From: a virus
Taxonomy: Duplodnaviria; Caudoviricetes
Virus record (IMG/VR): IMGVR_UViG_3300029288_000084
Span: 88,933 to 152,932 of that record
Reading direction: 5' to 3' (one strand)
Length of the DNA: 64,000 bases
The notes beneath the pieces were generated by a model. That model made no database searches. It saw only the letters and a list, made by a program, of their open reading frames with translations, and was not told the DNA's origin. The position numbers were made by a program, and so were the translations under genes. Below, in pieces: positions 57,408-64,000 of this stretch (position 1 is its first letter; each line of letters starts with the position of its first letter).

Positions 57408-57803
57408 TTAAAAACAGCATCTTTTTAGTAATTTTACTTTGTTAGCATAAACAGTATTTAGCATAGATGTTCCATATGTTTTATCACCATTAGGAAGTGT
57501 TATCCACAATATATGTTTGTGACTTGGTTTAATCCGACAAGTATAGATAAAACCATCTGGGCAAAACCATTTTCGAAAATGTATTGCATCTTCTTGCCAC
57601 AAGAAAACAGCCATTGGTCCACAATTCTTTCTTCTTCCTACCCATTTATTAACTTTATACTGAACTATTGCAATAGTACTATAACATTTGTGTGTTGATA
57701 TCCAAGCTGATACTAATTTTCCATTCTTTTTACTAACAACTTTATAAAATACGTTAGATTCCATCTTACCACTCCTTTGGAATATTGAATTGTTTCCAAC
57801 CAC
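57408..57803 (-). CDS. Paralog family A member
   Basis: Same motif set as 53554-54239. Confidence 0.7.
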   Translation of the reverse strand: MVGNNSIFQRSGKMESNVFYKVVSKKNGKLVSAWISTHKCYSTIAIVQYKVNKWVGRRKNCGPMAVFLWQEDAIHFRKWFCPDGFIYTCRIKPSHKHILWITLPNGDKTYGTSMLNTVYANKVKLLKRCCF

Positions 57804-58134
57804 TTGGTGTAAAATATCTAGCAGGAGTTTTTAATAGAATTTGACGAACTTTTCTATGAAATTCTGCTCTATCTAATCTCTGTTGTTCAGTATATGCTTG
57901 CATTAATTTTGCTCTTATATCGCCAGATATCTGAGATCGATTACATCCTAGTATAGCAAATTTTTTGTTTTCTGTATTTTTTTGTGCCATAAAACATCCT
58001 ATACAATTGCAGTTATGATTTGTTACCCAATAAATACCACAAAAAGGACAATCAACAGGTGGATCATTTTCTTCATATCGTCTGATCAAATCTAACTGTG
58101 CTTCAAGTGTTCTTTGTTTAAACGTTTTTTTCAT
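57766..58134 (-). CDS. Cys-rich paralog family B member
   Basis: KQRTLEAQLDLIRRYEENDPP identical to 52012-52353. Confidence 0.7.
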   Translation of the reverse strand: MKKTFKQRTLEAQLDLIRRYEENDPPVDCPFCGIYWVTNHNCNCIGCFMAQKNTENKKFAILGCNRSQISGDIRAKLMQAYTEQQRLDRAEFHRKVRQILLKTPARYFTPSGWKQFNIPKEW

Positions 58135-58136
58135 TT

Positions 58137-58505
58137 TTAACCTACCTTAAATTGTAATAGTAAATCCTTGTAATCGAACTCATAACCATTGATATATAGT
58201 TTCAGGTCTATCAACTCTTGGACATTCTTTAATCCAATATTGAATATTTTTTTCCACTGTGATTTCTGTTTAACGAGAACTCTCACACGTACTTTTTCAT
58301 TGTTCTCGTAGTGTGATAAATGAACATTTTTTAATCTTCTAAAATATTCATTTAGGTCAGCTTCTCTTGCTGGTGTAAGTTTTTGATATTTAACAAGGAA
58401 GATCAAATTTAAGAGAACCTTTTCCATAAAGAATGCAACTTCTTTTGGAACATTGTGATAATAATTAATTAATTTTCCAATTTCATAAATTTCTATTTCT
58501 CTCAT
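58137..58505 (-). CDS. Hypothetical protein
   Basis: AAGGAG SD. Confidence 0.6.
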   Translation of the reverse strand: MREIEIYEIGKLINYYHNVPKEVAFFMEKVLLNLIFLVKYQKLTPAREADLNEYFRRLKNVHLSHYENNEKVRVRVLVKQKSQWKKIFNIGLKNVQELIDLKLYINGYEFDYKDLLLQFKVG

Positions 58506-58524
58506 ATATGCTCCTTAAATATAT

Positions 58525-59259
58525 TTATTTTTTACATAAAGGACATAGTAATTTTCTTCCACTATTACATATAAAAGTTGAATTACATTTTACACAAATT
58601 CTCTTATATTTTCTTTTGAATCCTCTTTCCTTCCAATTTTCCCATTTTAATATATTTGCTTTACTTAATTTTTCTCTTGTTTCTTTTGTTAATTTTTTAC
58701 CAAGATGTTTAATTCTAATTTTTTCTCTTGTTGTAGTAGCAACTATATGTTTTTTTAATGCATTACTTCTTTTTACTTTTGTTTCTTTTGTTTGTTTTTT
58801 ACCAAGATGTTTAATACACATTAGTATTTTTTGATCTAATGTACGACGTTTACCAGTATTACTAATACTTATTCTTTTATTGTGATTTTCTGAATTCTTT
58901 TTACCACTTCTTAAATCGCCGCCATCTGCACCAGGTGCTATATTCATTCCAACTTCTGGATTTTGTGAATTATATAATTTTATGAAATGTTTTTCCCATT
59001 TACCTAGTTGTTGATGTTTTTCTTTTTTATCTTGTATATCATTATCAAACATCATATAAATGACTTCTGTTTTTACTTTATCTTTACCATATTTACTTAA
59101 TATTCTTAAAATATATTTACCAGATCCTTTATATTTAGAATTTTTAAATTCTTCAATGGATTTACACTGAAATTTTCCAATATAAATTTTATTGTAGAAA
59201 GATGATTCAGGTATTGAAATTGTTGACTTGTAAATTATCCCAAATAAATTATTATTCAT
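58525..59259 (-). mobile_element. GIY-YIG/NUMOD3 homing endonuclease (Seg-like)
   Basis: GIIY...KIYIG, YKGSG, MNI..G, NUMOD3 repeats, zinc finger. Confidence 0.88.
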
Positions 59260-59314
59260 CTCTCTTTATTTTCCGATTTAAATGTAAATTCAATAATTGG
59301 TGGATTTATTTCAC

Positions 59315-60205
59315 TCATTTTTTCTCCTTATAAAACAATTCAGCAATAGAATTCTGTTTTCTCTTTGTATATGTTCTTTTTTGTTTTACTTCTACTGGAT
59401 TGACAACTTTATGAATTTTTGCAATCTGCAAATTGGTAATGATGAATAAAGAAATAGCAAAAGGATCAAATAAAAACATTAAAATACCAATTATGAAACT
59501 AACAATATCTTTCATCTTTCTTTTAAAAATATCAGCAATGAATTTCAATGGTCCTACATCCACTTCAGTATTGGTATTTTCAATTTCAAAATTATTTTGT
59601 TGTATCTTTCCCAATTCGATATTTTTTTGCTGAATTTTTGAAATGAGATTGGAAATCTCATTGTTTGTTTTTTCAATGTCAGAATCGGCCTTTATAATAT
59701 CAGCTCGAAGATTGTTGATAAAACGATAGTTTAGGGTTGTCATTGAATCACTCAATCGTTTTTCTTGAGCTGTTCGACTATCATTTAGGATTTTTAAACG
59801 GTTTTTAGCTGAATCAATTTGTCCCCTTAACAAAGAAATTTCACTTTTAACTAGATCAATGTTTTGAACATTGAAACTCGTTTTTACTGAATTAGCATCA
59901 AAAACTTTTCCTTGTCTTTGTTGAAAGGAATTTGTTAAATAGCCGAAAATTCCTAACGATGTAACAAGCATAGCAAAAGAAACTATAATCCATAAAAATG
60001 ATTTTAGAATCTTTGGTGTTTCTTTTCTCCAATTGTACATGTAGGAAACCAAGACAATTTTTCCAAATTCAATTGTGATTGCCCCGCCTATGATTGCAAA
60101 TGTTTTGCCAAGAAGAGCTGATAAACCAAATACAGAATAGTAAGCAGCAAAACTTTCAAGTGCAAGAGCAGCAATCAAAGTAACGTAATAAAAGTGAAAT
60201 TTCAT
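59315..60205 (-). CDS. Multi-TM coiled-coil membrane protein of T4-like phages
   Basis: AAYYSV.GL, E.GK, TSLGIFGYL, VGPL.FIA, FDP.AI.L. Confidence 0.75.
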   Translation of the reverse strand: MKFHFYYVTLIAALALESFAAYYSVFGLSALLGKTFAIIGGAITIEFGKIVLVSYMYNWRKETPKILKSFLWIIVSFAMLVTSLGIFGYLTNSFQQRQGKVFDANSVKTSFNVQNIDLVKSEISLLRGQIDSAKNRLKILNDSRTAQEKRLSDSMTTLNYRFINNLRADIIKADSDIEKTNNEISNLISKIQQKNIELGKIQQNNFEIENTNTEVDVGPLKFIADIFKRKMKDIVSFIIGILMFLFDPFAISLFIITNLQIAKIHKVVNPVEVKQKRTYTKRKQNSIAELFYKEKK

Positions 60206-60435
60206 TTATCTGTTTTCCTCTCTAGTAAATCTAAAAGACAAATTCTTTTAAACTCTTTCCAAATTTCTTTTTGTATAGTAAGGGGCGGTGATATTACTAT
60301 GAATTTAAATAGAGTTTTATTTGGTGAAATATCCATAATTTTAATTTCAACCAATTCCTTGTCCCAATTTCTTACAATAACATGATCACCTATTTGAACA
60401 TCTTTTACACTTTTATCCTCAAACTTTATTTTCAT
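60202..60435 (-). CDS. Hypothetical protein
   Basis: AGGAGG SD. Confidence 0.55.
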   Translation of the reverse strand: MKIKFEDKSVKDVQIGDHVIVRNWDKELVEIKIMDISPNKTLFKFIVISPPLTIQKEIWKEFKRICLLDLLERKTDK

Positions 60436-60465
60436 CTAACCACCTCCTAAATAAAAATATTTGAA

Positions 60466-60759
60466 CTACTTTAGCTTGATTGACTTTGAATTGAGGACAA
60501 TACGGGTGATGAAACTGATCTTACCAGTCTTCTTGTTGATGTTGTTGACTTTGGAAACATAAGATCCCTTGGGAATTTGAATAGCAACCTTTTCACCTTT
60601 CTTCAGTTTGTTGATGCGATTTGTCACTTGATTGAAAATCACCAAACACTTTGATTTGTTCACCTTGTGAGTGCTGAGATATTTCTCAATCCTTTCTTTT
60701 GCAAGAACTCTTTTCTGGTGATAATCCTTGTTGTACTCTTTACGCTGTTTTTTGTTCAT
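60466..60759 (-). CDS. Basic hypothetical protein
   Basis: GGAGG SD. Confidence 0.55.
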   Translation of the reverse strand: MNKKQRKEYNKDYHQKRVLAKERIEKYLSTHKVNKSKCLVIFNQVTNRINKLKKGEKVAIQIPKGSYVSKVNNINKKTGKISFITRIVLNSKSIKLK

Positions 60760-61069
60760 TATGAACCTCCAATATTTTTAATAAAATTTGAGAACTGTTT
60801 GATTGTTTGACAACAACTCTTTCTTGTTTTAATTTTCGTTTGAATTTCACTGTGAAAGTTTTTGGAATTACTGGTTGTAATGTAAGTATTGGTTTAGAAA
60901 TTTTTTGTTCCTTGATTTTAGGTTGATAACGACTTTTAGATATTTGTTTCACTTTTTCTCTATGAACTAAATCTCGATCATACTTATCTTTTTCAAATTT
61001 CTTATGTCTTTCAAGAATACATGCCTTATTTGTTTGATAATAATTTCTATAATAAACATTATCTTTCAT
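60740..61069 (-). CDS. Basic hypothetical protein
   Basis: Coupled ORF. Confidence 0.5.
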   Translation of the reverse strand: MKDNVYYRNYYQTNKACILERHKKFEKDKYDRDLVHREKVKQISKSRYQPKIKEQKISKPILTLQPVIPKTFTVKFKRKLKQERVVVKQSNSSQILLKILEVHNEQKTA

Positions 61070-61407
61070 TTTCTATATAATTTTGCTTCATTCTTGCTTG
61101 CGTTTTGTAAAGCTAAAATATCACACATTGTATCTTGAAGTCCTAGAGAAGCGACTTGCTTCTCTTCGTGTTGCGCGAACTTTTCTTTCTTTATCTGTGT
61201 CATATAATCATCAGATACAAAATTGTGATTTAGTTTACAAAGCACTAACCATTTTTGATTCATTTCCCTGAGAATAGAATCAATAGCAGAATCACTTTTA
61301 GCATGTCGGATCTTGATAAGAGATTTTGTTTCCTCTATAAATAGTGGAATGAAATCTGCAATTGGTTTACCTCTGTAATACAAATCTAGATATTCTTTTG
61401 CTTTCAT
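61066..61407 (-). CDS. Hypothetical protein
   Basis: MKAKEY..., E..QKW. Confidence 0.55.
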   Translation of the reverse strand: MKAKEYLDLYYRGKPIADFIPLFIEETKSLIKIRHAKSDSAIDSILREMNQKWLVLCKLNHNFVSDDYMTQIKKEKFAQHEEKQVASLGLQDTMCDILALQNASKNEAKLYRK

Positions 61408-61446
61408 GTTAATATTGTAATATACTTTTTGTAAAAACTAAGTATT

Positions 61447-61821
61447 TTACCATTTTCTTTTTATTTTTTTAAATGCAGCTTCTTTCCAACCTGTAGGCGT
61501 AAAATATTTTGCATCAATCTTCTGTAAAATAGGAATACATTTTTTATGAAATCCTGCTCGTCTCAATCTCTGTTTTTGTGTTTTATTATACATAAAAGCA
61601 GCAGTTATAGAAGAAGAAAAAGTAGTGCATCCATAGTGACCATTGTTAAAAATCTTAATCTTATGCATGAAACAACCAACGCATCCTTTACGATCATTTC
61701 CCACCCTGTAAATATTACAAAAGGGGCAACGATAAGATGGATTGTTTTCTGTATATCTCTTTATTAATTCTTTACAACCATCAATTGTTCTCTGTTTATA
61801 ACTTTTCATTTTTACCCCCAT
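61447..61821 (-). CDS. Cys-rich paralog family B member
   Basis: MKSYKQRT..CPFC..CVGCF..YFTPTGW. Confidence 0.7.
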   Translation of the reverse strand: MGVKMKSYKQRTIDGCKELIKRYTENNPSYRCPFCNIYRVGNDRKGCVGCFMHKIKIFNNGHYGCTTFSSSITAAFMYNKTQKQRLRRAGFHKKCIPILQKIDAKYFTPTGWKEAAFKKIKRKW

Positions 61822-62342
61822 ATATCATCAATATTTACAGGACTAAAATTGTTACCATCTACGCCAATATTATAAAATATTTTACCATTGGATTTAGTAA
61901 ATTCATTTGTTTTAGCGTGATTATGACAATACAGATTAACATGCCAATTAGAATCAGAACTGCAAAAAGTTTTACTGTGTGTTAGTAGGATATTCGACCC
62001 TAAAAAATCAGGTATTATGTAACGTTGCTTGATAAAAATAAATTGATCTTTGAATACTGAATATCTTTTCAATCTACTATCGTGATTACCAAGAATGAGA
62101 AATTTTGTTCCATGTAGATTTTTTAACAAATCACCAGCCCAATCAGGAGTGCAACAAAGAGCAAAATCTCCTAAAACATAAATATCATCATCTTCTCGAA
62201 CTTTAATATTCCAATTATATATGAGCGTTTGATTCATTTCTTCTACTGAAGAAAATGGACGATTACAGTATTTTATGATATTTGTATGATTGAAATGAGT
62301 ACAACCAATAAAAAATGTTTTTTTCATTTTGTATAAAAACAA
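61812..62342 (-). CDS. Calcineurin-like metallophosphoesterase
   Basis: H.NII.Y..RPF, LGDF, GNHD, NIGVD; first metal motif degenerate (GCTH). Confidence 0.85.
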   Translation of the reverse strand: MFLYKMKKTFFIGCTHFNHTNIIKYCNRPFSSVEEMNQTLIYNWNIKVREDDDIYVLGDFALCCTPDWAGDLLKNLHGTKFLILGNHDSRLKRYSVFKDQFIFIKQRYIIPDFLGSNILLTHSKTFCSSDSNWHVNLYCHNHAKTNEFTKSNGKIFYNIGVDGNNFSPVNIDDIWG

Positions 62343-62575
62343 CGAACTGCATCTTTTATAAAAAGTGCATCTTTGCCTGAAACTGTAATTGGTTTGTTAA
62401 TAACAGCCTCATTAAAGAGATTTTCAAGTTTATGCATTAAAATCTCAATATCATTTTTTATATTTTTCTCTCTTTTTTCATAGCATTCTTTGCATACAAT
62501 TTCATCCTCATCATTTATTGATTCCGCACAACAAGCACAAAAAATATCTACATCTACATCTACACTGATACTCAT
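62324..62575 (-). CDS. Zinc-finger hypothetical protein
   Basis: CxxC...CxxC. Confidence 0.55.
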   Translation of the reverse strand: MSISVDVDVDIFCACCAESINDEDEIVCKECYEKREKNIKNDIEILMHKLENLFNEAVINKPITVSGKDALFIKDAVRCFYTK

Positions 62576-62802
62576 ATTTTTCCCTCCTTAATAACCTTAT
62601 GACATTTTGTACATACTTTTCTTTGCCATGTTTCGTAATAAGTAATTGTTTTTGCGTACCAATTATTTGAAGAAAGTGGCGGTACATAATAAGTTGTTCT
62701 CTTTGTAAATTCTTCCCATTTACAAGAATGATGATGAGTATTTAGATAAAGAAAAATAACAACTAAAATCAAAATTATTACTATTCCAAGTATATCAGCC
62801 AT
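62572..62802 (-). CDS. Small membrane protein with H..W...CxxC
   Basis: N-terminal TM. Confidence 0.55.
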   Translation of the reverse strand: MADILGIVIILILVVIFLYLNTHHHSCKWEEFTKRTTYYVPPLSSNNWYAKTITYYETWQRKVCTKCHKVIKEGKI

Positions 62803-62811
62803 ATTTTCTCC

Positions 62812-63055
62812 TTAGTCTTTTGATGGTGTCGGCCATGGTAATTTAGTAATTCTTTTTCTATCTTGTCCGTGTTTAGCACAATATGTTAGCAATTCTCTAC
62901 GTTTAAAAGAATCTTCGGTACAACCACACTTGTATTCTGCAATATACCAGAATTTTCTATGTGACTGATTTGTTGATGACTTAGCATCTTTCTGCCCCCG
63001 ACTCCCCCATGGACATGCTGAGGGCGGGAAGGATCGAAGCGATGGGGGGGGTCAT
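62812..63055 (-). pseudogene. Frameshifted gene (C8 run after start); with C7 encodes an 80-aa YxCGC...YCxxHG protein
   Basis: ATG at 63055 overlaps upstream stop; the protein-like frame is one base off. Confidence 0.55.
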
Positions 63056-63297
63056 TTTAAGCGCCCGCGCATTTTATGGTCGATGGCGCTTAAATCATAG
63101 GCGCTTCCTGGTTTCATCTTTTTAGTTTTCAGTTCGGAGTTGTTTATTACCTCTATGATTTCATTTATTTTGTCGAGTATTTCAAGGATATATTCAACAG
63201 TGCTTCCACCATTCCTTTCAATTTTTTTAATCATCCCTTCTTCCTCAGCCTCTCGATGGCGGCTTTTACTTGATTCTTTCCACCAGTTTGCGGCCAA
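63052..63297 (-). CDS. Hypothetical protein (start likely MIKKIE at 63234)
   Basis: ATGA overlap with Lar-like gene. Confidence 0.5.
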   Translation of the reverse strand: MAANWWKESSKSRHREAEEEGMIKKIERNGGSTVEYILEILDKINEIIEVINNSELKTKKMKPGSAYDLSAIDHKMRGRLK

Positions 63298-63548
63298 GTG
63301 AATAACCTGTCATCCAATAAGTCCACCGCCCCCTTCGCATCGTCCAGGGCGAGGTTGTAATCGGTACGGCGATTCCAATGTTTTACTGCTTCATCTGGAC
63401 TTGTAAATGAAACATCAAAACGAGGCGGTATGGTTACGCAATCTTTTTCGCAAGAGACCTTATAGCCATTTACGGTTCTCCATAAAAAGGCGGGAGCACC
63501 ACAAAACGGGCACGGTTTCAATTTAATTTCACTCATTCCCCACCTCAA
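63231..63548 (-). CDS. Lar-family (restriction alleviation) zinc-finger protein
   Basis: LKPCPFCG...V.C..C...EA...WNRR. Confidence 0.8.
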   Translation of the reverse strand: MRWGMSEIKLKPCPFCGAPAFLWRTVNGYKVSCEKDCVTIPPRFDVSFTSPDEAVKHWNRRTDYNLALDDAKGAVDLLDDRLFTWPQTGGKNQVKAAIERLRKKG

Positions 63549-63873
63549 TACCTTTTACCTTGCAGTACAGCGTAACGATGGCTTCCGGCTCTGATTGATA
63601 TTCAGAACCAGTTTCTATAACTCCCGGATGACGAATAGCAACGCCATATGCTTCAAAATTATTTTTAGTATATTGAATTATGTGGATGCTCCACCCCTCC
63701 TCCACCAGCCGCGCCTGGAGCATTTTGGCATGAACGATATTTGACTCCGGTTTAAACATTTCGAGTCTAAATAAATATGTTTCGTCGGTCATAAAAACAA
63801 GTTTAGATATGCCGTTGTTCTCCGTTCTGATCTCCCACCCCATGCTCTCGCAGACCGCTTGCGTGGTGGTCAT
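63529..63873 (-). CDS. Phage ABA-sandwich-like protein
   Basis: MGW, F.P..NI..A, PEAI pattern. Confidence 0.55.
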   Translation of the reverse strand: MTTTQAVCESMGWEIRTENNGISKLVFMTDETYLFRLEMFKPESNIVHAKMLQARLVEEGWSIHIIQYTKNNFEAYGVAIRHPGVIETGSEYQSEPEAIVTLYCKVKGIEVGNE

Positions 63874-64000
63874 GTTATCCCTGCCAGTTGTTTGATCTTG
63901 CGTTCAAGTTTTTTTGTAATAGCGGCACTGGCGGCGTCCCAGGCGGCACTGGCGACGTCCCAGGCGTCCCTGGCGGCACTGGCGGCACTGGCGGTGGCAC
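63870..64000 (-). CDS. Partial Ala-rich repeat protein (…AASAARDAWDVASAAWDAASAA…)
   Basis: 9-nt GGCGGCACT-type repeats; stop overlaps next ATG. Confidence 0.65.
   Translation of the reverse strand, partial: ATASAASAARDAWDVASAAWDAASAAITKKLERKIKQLAGIT

Noticed and set aside
193-61985. Short plus-strand ORFs in the track (other than gp4) and nested alternative-frame minus ORFs
   Set aside because: They overlap well-supported minus-strand genes, lack SDs and have shadow-like composition

Overview
A 64 kb fragment of a large, AT-rich, T4-like (contractile-tail) bacteriophage genome, almost entirely encoded on the minus strand. Left to right: neck gene gp14, holin-like gene and CHAP endolysin (1-3.2 kb); a methyltransferase/glycosyltransferase cluster (4-9.7 kb); small accessory genes, an HNH nuclease, a deaminase and an Rnl2-type RNA ligase (9.7-15.8 kb); a long tail-fibre/baseplate region (gp8-, gp7-, gp6-, gp25-, gp5-, hub-, gp53-, gp48-like, DUF4815/VrlC-like, collagen-like fibre; 15.9-49.1 kb); gp4 on the plus strand; a tRNA cluster; gp32-gp59-gp33; then early hypothetical genes ending in a GC-richer block. 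T4-type late promoters (TATAAATA) precede structural genes. Main discovery: about 20 small genes, otherwise mostly unrelated and slotted between the core virion genes, share the N-terminal leader MKVKxLFE(E), with a sister form MxKFEELLxE. This resembles the capsid-targeting sequence of T4 internal proteins and suggests a large, turning-over set of head-packaged cargo proteins (inference). Other highlights: a two-gene RiPP-like cassette (YxxP leader/CxxG-repeat peptide plus HPrK-like kinase); two GIY-YIG endonucleases that duplicated the 3' end of the gene they invaded; a tRNA-Met inside an endonuclease ORF; a tRNA-like RNA with a rebuilt anticodon arm; a fixed-spacing TACTAAA-N18-TATAAT promoter motif; and a recurrent DPY tripeptide in baseplate/fibre proteins. 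All assignments come from motif recognition by eye; no searches were run.
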